From Amoebophrya sp. A120 (taxonomy: Eukaryota; Protista; Dinoflagellata), in assembly GCA_905178155.1 (NCBI GenBank), contig CAJINV010000004.1:9096300-9160299 (forward strand): a stretch of DNA of 64,000 bases, written 5' to 3'. Below the pieces are notes generated by a model. It searched no databases, was not told the origin of the DNA, and was given only the letters and a program-made list of their open reading frames with translations. Each line of letters begins with the position of its first letter. Within the stretch, counting starts at the first letter, position 1. Positions 12,586 through 25,617 of this stretch are shown one piece after another. Made by a program: the position numbers and the translations under genes.

Positions 12586-14050
12586 GTTCTCCTTTGGGGA
12601 TGGGGGGTGAATAAATCCGAAAAATAACAAGAATACCGGACTGCAATATGAAAAAGAAAATGAATAAAATTGAGCAGAAGCATAAGGATAAGCGTGATAG
12701 GCACGCACTACGATTAGAATAGTACGCGCTGCCATGATACATCATAGCCATCTTGTTTTTTCTTGTGGAAAATGAACTACCGTGGACAATTTTTTTTTTT
12801 TTGACATTGAATACACAGGGGATTGACACATATATGTAATTTTTTTTCCGCAGACAGCTCTACTGTTGCGAGCAGTTTTCTGGTTTTTTTCGAAAACGTC
12901 GTTTCTAGTCTGTGCGAACCATTTAGATATTCACACTCGTTCTCACTTGATAGCTCTACCTTTTCTTGTATGAATTGCGCAGATAGAGATGAACCACAAT
13001 AACAATATAAGTAGAAGCCGCACTCCAATTTTTTCGCAAGGCACATAATTCTTTCGTTTCTCTTTATTGTCGTCAACAAGAAGTAATTCTGCTTTTGTAC
13101 TTGGATTTGTTTCACTTACTTTTGGGAATTTTTGTGCCTGAGGAGACGTTTTTTCAGGTTGCATGATCCCGAAATTGTAGCACGAAAAGAAGCAGAAGCA
13201 AAGCGCACTGGTTGATGTTGAATCAAGAAAAGCTGCGAATGACAACGAACAAAAGGAAAAGTGCTACGGTTATTTCACCTTGGTTTCGCTGCAGAGATGA
13301 GAAGCAAGAGCAAGATTTGTCCGCTTTCGTTTGATCCGGAAGCCAAGAACAATCTGCTCGACCATGATGCAGATCGGGAACAAGCCTGAGACAAGTCCAT
13401 AGACAGATGCAGATACTACATCTCGTAGAACATAACGACGACGAGCAAAAGATCAAAGACGAGCCGCAACGTGAAAAAGGTCTAGTAGGATGGTATATTG
13501 TGACAGTTACTGGCAAGTAAGAAGCCCGCTCGTTGCGATCCGCCTTGTGTCTTATCGTGTATCGGAGTCGTGTGTTGCAAAAACAAAAAAGATCTACGTA
13601 GTCTCCAGTAGTGGCATATTGTCGTGACGGTGAAGATGAAGATCTAGTGTTAATGCGCAACTCGTCATCAAAGAGAAGAAGAAGAGCAAAAGCAACAGAT
13701 TTCTATAAGTACTTCTGCTTCTGGTAGTTCGGTTAAACGAAAACAATCGAAGTCGAACGCACATATTTGGCGGTCATTGATTCATGGTCGTGTCATCTGG
13801 TCGACCCGTCCTCTGTCATCGTGAACATTGAAGACTACAGCGGAGCCTCTAGTGTTTTGACGTACTAGATAAGCTTGTGCATGATTCGGCAAGATACTCT
13901 TGTTGCCCGCTTTTTCTACTTCTGCCTTACCAATAAAAATGAAATTTTGAATTTTCGCGGATGCTTTCCCTTTCTTGCCCTCAAGTCCCGACCCGTATTC
14001 TTCACTTTTACATACAGATACAAAACACAAACATCCACAGAGAGCTGAAG

Positions 14051-14344
14051 ATGCAGAAGCACGAAGATCAGCAGCTCGGCTCCAACAACAATGACGGTGG
14101 TCCGGATGCTGGAAGCGGCTCGGGCGGTAACGGTGAGGGGGATGATGATGGCGGGGACCACAACAATGATCCGAATCACGAAGGTTCCATGGAGGACGAG
14201 GACCACGATGGCATGGTCGACCCAGATCAGTTTGTGCACAACGATCGCGACGACTCGCCCACCTTGGATCACGATGGCAAGATGAACCGCCTGGCGGGAA
14301 GTGACGGTCATGGCCGCGAAGTTGTGGATCATTATTCACCCTCG
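14051..14344 (+). pseudogene. Truncated copy of the D/G/H-rich ORF at 33857
   Basis: MQKHEDQQLGSNNND..HYSPS nearly identical to 33857-34150, then fused to the R repeat. Confidence 0.55.
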
Positions 14345-14425
14345 CGACATCCGAAAGGAACTAATCGACATTTGGGACGAGTACCTTGGCCCGGACGGGA
14401 TGCTCTTTCACAATGTGCAACAAAA

Positions 14426-16446
14426 AAATATCGGCAGTGTGTTTCAACGACATACACCGGGCGATTGCGCAACACGGCCTGAAAATAGGTCGGATCTTCT
14501 GGAAAGGAGTAAGGCTGCAGGTGAAAAGCCTGGATGCAGTCTGGAAAGATCACAGCATGCCGGACGTGAAGAAGCTCACGAACGCAGAAGAAGACGATGC
14601 GAGGAGAAGCATCGCAGCACACCAGGAAATCACGATCAGGTCGATGCTCAGGTCATCGACAAAGCGCCTCGTAACAACTACGGATGGCACGGTGGACAAG
14701 GAGAACAACATTGCAGCGGGTGCTGGAGCAACGTGGTGGCACGAAGAAGTGCGTAGGGAAGACGGGGGCTTTCACGATCTGTCGAAATTTCCAATGCCAG
14801 TAGTGTCAAGCTATTGCTACGTAGCAGCTCCGTCGCAGCTGCATGACATCCTGCGAGTGGACTCCTACGACGCAGAAGGGCGTGGCTTCGTACATCAACT
14901 GCGGAAGTTGAAGAAGTGGCTGCAGGAATTTGGGGCGAAGGAGTTCGTGCGAGAATTCTACTTCTACCTGGATAGTAATTCCTTCTGCCAGTCCCTGGAA
15001 TGCTTTGGGGACAAAACAAATCCACTCGCCATAGAAGCAATGCTACTGCTGGAAGAAATCCGAGCGCTCTGCCTCGGAAAAGAGGGACCAGAACCGGAAG
15101 GGGAGGTGTATTTTTTCTGCACCTACACGCCAGCACACTGCTCGATGTATTTCAACGACAAGGTCGATTTCGAAGCAGCAGCTGCAGTACAAAGATGGAA
15201 AGATGGGGCCCGACCGGACACCGAGGGCGGGGTGAGTTGCCAATACGTGAAGATGCTTACGCCGCCGGTGGTTAGGAATATCATCGCCAAAAAACTGCTG
15301 AGCGAGGAATTCGACCGGTGTAAATCCGTAGCGCCCTACATGCTGCAGAGGAGATGGGAACTAGGACCATTCCGACCACCGCGGAACGCGTTACCGAGCA
15401 GAGAAGGCGAGACGCTCATGTTCTGGATATACTTGGGGATCGCTCCGAAGGGTCAATTGGGGTGCGGGGACATCGAGTATCAAAATACGAAGTTGTGCAG
15501 TATGGTGATGATGCAGCAGTACTAATTGACCAAGATCGAAATGTTGGTCACCGACAGGGTCTCGTGACTGCTGACATCTTCAGACGCATTGCAGAACAGC
15601 AGGGACTCCGGGCAGACGCGACAATGGAGACTCGCTATCTAGGGATCACAGCCACGGACATGCAGAATGCATACAACAACTTGCCACAGCATCTCCATCA
15701 AATTGCGCAGATGCAGAACAACGACAACGAGCAAGAGGTGGAGGAGGACGAAGAGGAGGAGGAGGATGAGGAGGGTCAGCAGGCGGAACAAGGACGGAGA
15801 AAGAAGCGAGGACTTTTAAGAAAAGGCGGGGCACGGGTGAGAAACATCTAACAAGATAGGGCGACTTATAACAGAAACGGGATTGATTGTGAAGGAAAAA
15901 AGAAGGAAAATAAAGACGGCGGAAGAATACCGGAGAACAGTGTTCGGTAATGAAATTTCACGAGGCGGATCGGGCACCGGGCTAATGTTGATTGTGCCTG
16001 AGCGACAATCAGGATAGGATCTTTTTTCACTTTTGAAGAACACTAAAAGGAGGATCTATAAGTCCTGCACGAGGATCTTCTTTGTTTGCTTTCTTCACTG
16101 GGATCTAGTTCTTCTGCCATCAGCATTCCTCTCATTCTATGCACCTTGCTCTTTTGCATTAGTCCTCGCTCTCGCTCTTGATCTTTTCCGATCTTGTAAT
16201 GCACAACCACTGGTCCCTGGTGAGATCTATTGACATATACGGTCTACAGTAGAAGAGCAACCTGTAATGCATATTTCGAAAAATAAACAAAAGTGAAAAA
16301 AGAAAAATGACATGGCCGAGGAAAAGGGAGGTATTCAAGATCGCTATTGGTAATTTTAATCCGTTCCTTTTTGTCTAAGACATTTTCTAGAAGTAATAAG
16401 GTAGAAATAGCAACAGATAAGAGAAGATAATCACTTGAGACTCGGG
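14426..16446 (+). mobile_element. 5'-truncated retroelement fragment encoding an RNase H domain (non-LTR-like)
   Basis: ORF 14386-15525 has RNase H motifs in order: TTDGTV..AAGAG, DSYDAEGRG, FYLDSNS, TYTPAHCSMYFNDKVDFEA; no reverse transcriptase in the window. Confidence 0.65.
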
Positions 16447-16664
16447 TCGACATTTGGGACGAGTACCTTGGCCCGGGCGGGATGCTCTTTCACAATGTGC
16501 AACAAAAACACCTGAACTGTCTCCTCCCCGGCGGATACGTACTGGGGCAGGTTTTGAATCTCGGGCGGGACCCCAAGACGAAAGCAGTGACCAACGGGTT
16601 TTTCTGGGTGCAGCCGCTCCGCGCGACGAGAATCGGGGAGTGGAGATCGGAGCGGACTGAACGG

Positions 16665-17499
16665 TATGGCGTGCTCAGACGTATACAATCTCAAGTGTTC
16701 TTACAATTGAAACAAGGTAAATCTGTCATGCAAAAAGTGCAGCATCTAGGTTAGGTAGCCTACTGTCACAGAATTGCGCATGACAAGTTCAGAAGCTCCA
16801 ATCCCGATGAGACTCTGGCGAAATTTGTATTGCGAAAACCGCAAAGCTCTGCATCCATGTTCCTCATGCTCTCTATGCAACACAAAGACAAAATCCACCA
16901 GTGACTCTATTGTAACGTTTGAGATTGGTCACACCTGAGCAGGTCATAGGGAGGACAAGGAACTTCTGAAACGACTCCAGGCACTACTAGCTACTTTCCC
17001 CCGGCTGTGGCGGCCGTGCAGTTGCGGTCGTCTGCCTTGACCGCAAGCAGCAGCGATGGCGGCAAGGGCAAGATGGGAACTGGTAGTTCGATGAAGAGAA
17101 CAGGACGGGGAGGAGGCAGCGGCGGGAAAGGTGGCGGCAGAAGTCCGGCGTCTCGTCATAGATTCACGTCGCCCGTGGGACGCGGGAATGGTGAAAACGC
17201 AACTGGAGGACCGATTGCGATTTCCATCAGCGACAGCCTGTCTCGCGGCGAGAGTCGTGGCAGCATACCAATTGCAAAAAGGGCGGGATCTCGTGGGGGT
17301 GCTTTCCCCGACAGCGCCCGGGGACGGTTACGAGGCAGTGGCGGTAAAGGTGGCGGCAAGAACGATGTTGCTCCCAGAATGATAGAGATCACAAAACAAA
17401 TAGGCGACTGCGCTAAGGCAGGCAACGTTACGGGCGCAGAACGTGTCTTCAACAGCATGCAAGCCGAAGGCCTGGAGCCGGATGTCCGCGCTTACTGCG
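16665..17499 (+). pseudogene. Truncated duplicate of the PPR gene (introner 16665-16948 plus start of exon 2)
   Basis: Near-identical to 22928-23762; breaks at GCTTACTGCG. Confidence 0.85.
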
Positions 17500-18382
17500 T
17501 TACAACCGGAAGAGCCGTTTGGAAAACCGACTGCGTGATTGCTGCGGTTTTACACGCTAGCAACCTGAATAAAGCACAAACATAAGGCGGGCGCCGGGGA
17601 TCGATTTCGCCGCATGGAGGCGCCTACTTTTGCAAGATCGTCTTGGCAACCAAAAGGGTTCGGGCTCTGGGCGCGATTTTATTGATAGATGGGCCACAGG
17701 AATTGACTTCCAAACGAGCCAAATGGTTTGGACCAGAAAAATAGTCCCAGGCAAGGGGGTTGATGCGGTGTGGCTATAATCCACCCTATTCGCAGGGCTT
17801 CCGCCTACGGAGAACCAACCTGACTGAAGACGACGGTTGCTTCGTCCCTGATCTGGGGAAAGCTGGCCCGCCGGTCGTTGGGCTGGTGACAATAGGACGA
17901 GCCAGGCAACTGGTCGGGTTGGTTGGCCGTAGGACTACTCCCCGCCACGCGCGGCGCACCCGGAGGCCTGTCTCCCACCGTGTTTCCGGGGCTTTTCCTT
18001 GCCCCGTTCGTGCGCCATCTCAAAGGCAAACCGGGGACCCGGGAACGGCCTTCCGCGGGATTATTCCAGGAAACGAAAAAGGCGACAAAAAAAAAAGCCA
18101 AAAAAACCCAGCGTTAGCCCCGCGCCGTTTTTATCTTGCGGGCGCCTTTTTGTAAAAACGCAGCAAACACGCAGACGCCAGAAAAATGCCGGAATCTCCG
18201 GATACAGTTGCGGCGTTTTTAGGCAAATTGCCCAAAATCACATAATCGACATTTGGGACGAGTACCTTGGCCCGGGCGGGATGCTCTTTCACAATGTGTT
18301 GTTGCACAGACATCATGGCCCATGCAAAACATGCATGACAAATCTCGCAATCTTCCAGACCCAGACATTTTTACGTTTGATA

Positions 18383-20503
18383 CGCCGGTGCATTTGACGA
18401 TGTGAACGACATGGACCTCTCGGGTGCGGAGGATGAGGACCTCTTGCCCGGAGGGGTCGAGCAGGGTCCCCGCGCGGAATCCGAAACGGCGGTACTGAAT
18501 CTGGACAAGATCCATTATCCTGAGTAAAAACGTCCCTACCCCAGAGTTGTCATGCAATTCTGCATGCTGAAGATGTTTCTCATGCGGAGCTCCATGACAA
18601 GCATTTACTAGTCGCGTTTCGGAGTTTGTCATGCTCCAATCAGCATGCTGCGCTAGATCTGTGATGCTGCTGCACTAGCTAAACAGGACCACACTACGAG
18701 GACAAACTTGTCATGCGAAACAACCACAGCTGGCTGATTTGTCTAGCAGATTGCCCATCTGGACTCTGGTGTGGGGACGTTTTTCCTCGCAATATCCATC
18801 CCAATCCGTTTATCAAGAACCGGGACCGCCTCTGCGACGCCATCATCAACTCGCTGAAGGCGATATCAAATGTAAAAATGTCTGGGTCTAGAAGAATCCG
18901 AACTTGTGACGCTGTCTCTGGATTCTGAAAAAAATTGTATTGCATGACCAGCAAGAGGGTCCAGTTTGTGCTACGCGGAGAGGGCATTTCTCATGCGGAA
19001 GGTGCATCAGGAAGCCCTCTAAAAGTCTGCGATGCTAGGTCATGCATTACAGGGATCATGGGTCATGAGAAATATGCATGACAAATCTCGCATTCTTCCA
19101 GACCCGGACATTTTTGCATTTGATAGGCGACGTTGCCGCGCGGCGCGGGGAGGGTGAACCGGCACAGCATTTATGCATTGCAAAAATGTCTGGGTCTGGA
19201 AGGTTGGAACTTGTGATGCTAACTCTGGACTGCCCTTAGACCTCCGATGTGATGCTAACTCTGGACTCTAAAGAAATCTGCATTGCATGACCAGCAAGAG
19301 GAGTCCAGTTTGTGCTACGCGGGGAGGGCATTTGTCATGCGGAGTAGGCATCAGGAAGCCCCCTAAAAATCTGTGATGCTAGGTCGTGCATTACAGACAT
19401 CCTGGGTCATGTAAAATCTGCACGACAGGGCTTGTATTCTTCCAGACGCAGACATATTTGCAATGCATAGCGTTCGGGAAACAGACAAGGACTTGGGGCA
19501 GAATGACTCCGCAAACACCTGGGTCGGAAAAGGGATCTTCATATCCTGTGTAAAAACGTCCCCACACCATAGTTGTCATGCAACTCTGCATGCTTAAAAT
19601 GTTTCTCATGCGGAGCCCCATGAGAAGCATTTTCTAATGCGGTTTGGAAATCTGTAATGCGCCAATCAGCATGAGATACTAGATCTGTAATGCTGCTTAG
19701 CTGGCTCAAACAGCACTACACTACGCGTCCAAATTTGTCATGCGAAACAGCCAAATCTTATGGATTTGTCTAGCGGATTTCCCATCTTGACTCTGGTGTG
19801 GGGACATTTTTACTCAGGATACTTCATATCCGCGGAGGAGAAAAAGGAACTGCTGCGGCCGGAAAGGCTATCAAATGCAAAAATGTCTGGGTCTGGAAAA
19901 GTGCAAGTTTGTCATGCTTGTCTGGCATGACTCGGGAATCTGTGTTGCATAGGCACGAAAAGGCCCGCTTACCTGTCATACAAAAACAGAGTTTGCCATG
20001 CGGAATACGTAAGACATGGCAGCCAAAAAAATTGTCATGCATAGCTGCGTATTGCAGTGCGTCTATCTGTAACTTTTAGCATTACAAGTTTCCAGACCCA
20101 GATATTTTTGCAATCCATAAAGGCGAAATCAGTACAACCCGAAACGGCCGGACGAGTTTTTTCGGATGCACCCGACTCTGTGGCTAGATACGCTGGAACG
20201 CGTGCCGGTGCGAAAGGAAAACCATTTAGGGGAGGAATTTAGCCTAGCGTTCCATTCGGACCCGGTGTACGACTTACTCGACAGCCACAGCGAGGGGGAG
20301 TCGGAGTCGATCTATCCTGAGTAAAAACGTACCCACACCAGAGTCAGGATGAGGATTTTGCAACACAAACCTAGGAGTTTTGTGAGTCACGCATGACAAG
20401 TCGCACTATGCAGTGTAGTGCAGGTTAGCAAGTGCAGCCGCGTCACAGATTCATCTGCTGATCCTGTTCACAGCATCACAAATTCCAAAACACGATTGGA
20501 AAT
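18383..20503 (+). pseudogene. Gene X copy 3, truncated at both ends; introners 18516-18794, 18864-19125, 19172-19469, 19542-19821, 19869-20119 and partial 20313-20503
   Basis: Copy of 6728-8848; ends inside a family-B element. Confidence 0.8.
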
Positions 20504-20509
20504 CTGCTG

Positions 20510-21138
20510 AATCGACATTTGGGACGAGTACCTTGGCCCGGGCGGGATGCTCTTTCACAATGTGCAACAAAAGCACCTGAATACCGGGGCCTGCTGTCTG
20601 TGCCCGATTCTGACGCTTTATTTTCTCCTTTCATTTTTCACGTTTGGCCTGTGTTGCCAGGCCTGCCAGATTCGGAACAAGGCGGTGAAAAGGTGGGACG
20701 CTGATTTTATGCTCTGCAAAAGTATCGTACTCGTATAAATGCATTTACAAATTTCCTCAGCATGAGAAAGAAAATTTGCGATGCTGATTGACCTTGAGAA
20801 AAAGGTTTGTAATGCATGACTGCAATACGAGTGCGATGCTTTTGCACAGGATAGATCTGCGCAAGTGGCAATTTGAGTTCAACAAAGCGCTGGCGCCGTT
20901 CGGTATGTTTGTGAAGACGCAGACCCACTGCTGGATCACGATCTCCTACGACGCCGATGGCCGGCCTTCGAAAAACCGGCATTTCAGGCGTTGGATCGCC
21001 CTGGCGTTGACCCCGGAACAGAGTGCCCGATTGGTGATGGAGCCACACATTACCGGAGATGTGGAAATTGACTACTGCTGCCGGGGAGTCAATGAGTTGG
21101 AACTCAGTATGCACCCGCCACAAGGAATGTACTACTAA
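20510..21138 (+). pseudogene. 3' half of a Cys-rich family paralog
   Basis: IDIWDEYLGPGGMLFHNVQQKHLNTG..WDAD|LRKWQFEFNKALAPFG..MHPPQGMYY*. Confidence 0.75.
20708..20853. mobile_element. Family-C TIR introner
   Basis: TATGCTCTGCAAAAGTATCGTACTCGTAT...ATACGAGTGCGATGCTTTTGCACAGGATA; TSD GATTT/GATCT. Confidence 0.9.
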
Positions 21139-21921
21139 GCTAGTCCTTATTTTTCAGGAGTAAGAAGTATCCGCGTCGTGTTTTTAGATGTGCACCCACT
21201 AAAATTTCGCACGCTTCCTTGCAGGAGTTGTGTGCGTCTAAGTGCCTACAACTGTATTCCTCAAGGCAAAAATAATAAGATCGCCGGTTGCGGCGCTATT
21301 TTGATGAAGCGCGATAGTTGTATCTTTATCATATCCACAGACGTTTTGACTGTGCTGAGTCCTCTTGGGGGATTCTGTCATTGTGCAATGCGGTGAAGGG
21401 ACTGCGACACCACTACAGCCCGTCTGATTATCTTGGTTTTGTTAGGAAGGCAGCCTTAGCAGCATCGCAACTTCAGCACTATTTTGGTCCTTTGTTGTGG
21501 ATGCAAACCGATTTCTATTGCAAGTATGCAAGTAGATACGGTAGATCTATGTTGGAATAAATCATGACTTAAGAAGCCTTTACCTTCCTGTTCCTCTTTT
21601 GGCTCGCCCAAGTTCTCTCATCTTTTGGTTGTGGCCACAGCAGAGCAGGATATCTTGATTACTAGCACTGAATTGACGTCGACGAGCTCTGGCTCATCCC
21701 ATTTTGTCCTCGGGATGGCTCGTGGCCGATCAGATATTTTATTTTCTTTACCGCAGACAATTCCCCTCCGATTACGGCGAGGGCGACCCACCTGCAATCG
21801 CTAACTCTGCGCTGAATGCACAATGCAAGGAGCAACATGCTCCCAGGCCGTCGCACGTATCGAAAAACTAACCGTGGTGTAACGAATCAACTCAAAGTAG
21901 CTTTAGAGCGAACGACGCGTA

Positions 21922-22650
21922 AAAATCCATGCTGCCATCAGCATTAACATCGAACGTGATTTCGCTGGTCGTGCGTGTCTTCAAAACGCCGGCCCAAGCG
22001 ATTGCGAGGTCTAAGTGCGACCTTGAAAGCCCAAACGATGTCTACAGGATCTGCATAGATCCACAACACTTACGGTACGTGATAATCAATACAACATCGT
22101 TGATGAGCCTGAGCATTCGGTGTTTTTCTAAGTGTTGTCCACTTTCTAAAAATGTTGCTCGCAGAGATCGCTTACGCACACGACGGACAGCACAGACGGG
22201 ATCATGGCGCCTGTTGATCGAAATGAAAATCAATCCGACACAGACGGGATCATGGCACCTGTTGATCGAAATGAAAATCAATCCATCCGTCAGGGTCGGC
22301 TCACAGATCTTGATAAGTAGAGCCTTGCAACTCGGTGCACGTACGCGAGGACTATTCTTGGAGGAAAGAAGTGTGAAGTGAACCGCAGTTGATCTTGGCG
22401 TTTATCAAATGAAATATAAACACCAACACGACTGGGTACAGGTACAACTAGAGGTTTGAAAAAAGTAGAAGTAGTTTTCCGATTTTATATCCTTAGCAGC
22501 TAACAAATTATTACTAACGTATTTTATCAAACCAGCAACCTTCATCGTATAGTCTTTTGGTCACAGCCAGCATCTGGCCACTTGCAACCGCCTCGGGTAA
22601 GATTTCAAAATCGGTCGTATTTTGCATATATAAAAACAAAAAGTAGACTC
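21922..22650 (+). repeat. Diverged non-coding duplicate of ~26001-26670; includes a 48-bp tandem duplication at 22191-22286
   Basis: Shared AAATCCATGCTGCCATCAGCATTAACATCGAACG... block. Confidence 0.8.
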
Positions 22651-22824
22651 GTCATCTCGTCCTCTCCTACATTCCTTGCTGCCAGTGCAAAAGAGAAACA
22701 GCACCAGTATAGAAGTCGAGTGCCGTCAGTGCCGTTCATCACAATTATTTCTGTTTTCATCATTTTTCATATTCGTTTATTTGACAGGCCATTCCGTATC
22801 GCTCTCAAATCACTTTTCCAAAAA

Positions 22825-24730
22825 ATGACCCGCAGTTTCTTTCGTCGCGTCCCTGCCACTTCCGTCAGTGGAGCTTGCGTGTTTGTCTACTTGTGCGGAG
22901 CACTACTTTCCGCAGCGCTGCTGGGAGTATGGCGTGCTCAGACGTATACAATCTCAAGTGTTCTTACAATTGAAACAAGGTAAATCTGTCATGCAAAAAG
23001 TGCAGCATCTAGGTTAGGTAGCCTACTGTCACAGAATTGCGCATGACAAGTTCAGAAGCTCCAATCCCGATGAGACTCTGGCGAAATTTGTATTGCGAAA
23101 ACCGCAAAGCTCTGCATCCATGTTCCTCATGCTCTCTATGCAACACAAAGACAAAATCCACCAGTGACTCTATTGTAACGTTTGAGATTGGTCACACCTG
23201 AGCAGGTCATAGGGAGGACAAGGAACTTCTGAAACGACTCCAGGCACTACTAGCTACTTTCCCCCGGCTGTGGCGGCCGTGCAGTTGCGGTCGTCTGCCT
23301 TGACCGCAAGCAGCAGCGATGGCGGCAAGGGCAAGATGGGAACTGGTAGTTCGATGAAGAGAACAGGACGGGGAGGAGGCAGCGGCGGGAAAGGTGGCGG
23401 CAGAAGTCCGGCGTCTCGTCATAGATTCACGTCGCCCGTGGGACGCGGGAATGGTGAAAACGCAACTGGAGGACCGATTGCGATTTCCATCAGCGACAGC
23501 CTGTCTCGCGGCGAGAGTCGTGGCAGCATACCAATTGCAAAAAGGGCGGGATCTCGTGGGGGTGCTTTCCCCGACAGCCCCCGGGGACGGTTACGAGGCA
23601 GTGGCGGTAAAGGTGGCGGCAAGAACGATGTTGCTCCCAGAATGATAGAGATCACAAAACAAATAGGCGACTGCGCTAAGGCAGGCAACGTTACGGGCGC
23701 AGAACGTGTCTTCAACAGCATGCAAGCCGAAGGCCTGGAGCCGGATGTCCGCGCTTACTGCGCGCTCATGCGCGCGTACGCAAAACGTGGCGACGGCCCG
23801 GGCGCCGGACAGGTTCTTGGCCGAATGATGGACGCAGGCTTGAAACCGGACGTCGTTAGCTACAATATCCTGATTGGCGCTTACGCTAGGAATGGCAATG
23901 CTCAGGGTGCAGAAAATGCTTTGAAAGCAATTGAAGTCGCAGGCCTAGAGCCGAACGCCCTCAGCTACAGCACGGTTATAGATGCTTACGCTGAGAGTGG
24001 CGATGCTGAGGACGCGGAGAGTGTTTGGCAAAGGATGAGAGACGCGGGCGTGAAGCCCAACGGCGTCAGCTACACTGCCTTGATGACTGCTTACGCTAAA
24101 TGTGGCGATGCTTGGCGCGCAGAGGATGCTCTGGAAACGATGGCGCACGCGGGCCTGGCGCCGGGCGTCTTCTTCTACAACTTGCTCATGCGCGCGTACG
24201 CGAAATATGGCGACGCTCCGGGCGCCGAAAAGGTTCTTGATCGAATGATGGACGCAGGCTTGGAGCCGAACATCTTCAGCTACAACGCCCTGCTGGACGC
24301 TTACGCGAAAGGTGGCAACGCTGAGGGCGCAGAGGATACTCTGAAAAGGATCGAGCGCGTCGACTTAAGGGCGGACGTCTTCACCTATACCGCGCTAGTT
24401 GACGCGTACGCTGTGAAAGGCGACGCCGCGGGCGCTTGGCGTGCTTTTCAAAGGATGAAGGACGCAGGCGTGGCGCCGGATGTCGTCACCTACAACACTC
24501 TGATGAAAGCGCACATAAAAGCGGGCGGCGCGAAGGGCGACGCCGACATCGTTCGCAAGGGCATCGATGACGTCTTGGCCTTGATGTCTGAGGACGAAAA
24601 GTTGGTGGAAGGGCCTGACGAAGATACCCTCGGTCTGATGTTGGGGTATTATTCGAAGACGGGCAGGGAAGAGCAGGCCAGACAAGTTCTTGCACTTCGT
24701 GAAGCGCGACTTCTCCAACAAAATGTGTAG
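22825..24730 (+). CDS. Pentatricopeptide-repeat (PPR) protein with N-terminal hydrophobic leader; one introner
   Basis: About 9 35-aa repeats (e.g. SYNILIGAYARNGNAQGAENALKAIEVAGLEPNAL); exon 1 MTRSFFRR..LLSAALLG joins exon 2 GQGTSE.. in frame. Confidence 0.9.
22928..23211. mobile_element. Family-D-like TIR introner
   Basis: TATGGCGTGCTCAGACG...CACCTGAGCAGGTCATA; TSD GGGAG. Confidence 0.88.
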
Positions 24731-25565
24731 GGCAAATGAATGACCACTGAAATTCATTGAATGAATGTGATCTATGTCGTGTAAACCTTTAGTAGTGAAA
24801 GCGCTTCCCGTTTTCTCCTTCAGACCTGGACTGATTTCATGTAAATGGAGCTTGGCATGACAAATTTAAATTTTCATATTTTCGCTTTCAGTTTTAAGTA
24901 TCCAACTCCAAGGATACTCAATTCCTAGCACCGTAGTCTTCTTCTAGAATGCAGCTACATTACAATCGAGTCAAGAAAACCCTCTGTCGTTTTCAACCAA
25001 TTGCAAATTTTATTTATGGCGCTACGCTTTTTCTTTTACCAAAGCCAAAGCGATTTTAGGTTACCCCTACGCTTTTTACCCCTATGCTTTTAGGTTACTT
25101 GTTTGCCAAGAACAGTTATGGTCGTACGAGGGCGCACCAAGCACGCACGTACAGCAGAACGGTCAACGGGATCGGCCCCCAGTAGTCAGAAAAGCAAAAA
25201 AATCACAAAAGCCGGAAAATTTTCGCGCTTTTAAGTTTTCGCAGGGTTTTTGCAGTTCTTGCAGCCGCTCGCTGGTGCGTTTTCTTTTTCTGGTTGTGTG
25301 TCTTGGGTTTGTGGGTTGGGCGGGAAAAGCAGGCTTGGGCGCAAGGGATTGGAGTGGGGCCGGCAGAGGGAGCCCATGTTGCCGGTGTCCTGCTTCGGGA
25401 TGGGAGGGGGATGTTGGGTGGGAACGTTTTGGGTGGGCGAGTGGCCAATTAATTCTGCGACAAAAAATCGCCTTTGTTGCGACAAAAAATCTGAAATAAT
25501 TAAAAAAAATCGGCTTTCGGCCGTGGTTTTTTTTTTCTTAGGGATTTCAGGAAGAACCCGAAAAA

Positions 25566-25617
25566 TGTCGCACCCGTGTCGCACCGGTGTCGCACCCGTG
25601 TCGCACTCATGTCGCAA
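25566..25617. repeat. 11-bp tandem repeat (TGTCGCACCCG-like, ~5 copies)
   Basis: Directly visible in the sequence. Confidence 0.85.

Noticed and set aside
17800-17880. Possible hammerhead ribozyme (CTGA...GAAA-like words)
   Set aside because: The core CUGANGA is not matched and I could not build the three stems.
14345-20565. CRISPR or integron interpretation of the R repeat array
   Set aside because: Spacers are ~2 kb, R is a piece of a coding exon with ragged ends, there is no cas or integrase gene, and the context is eukaryotic.
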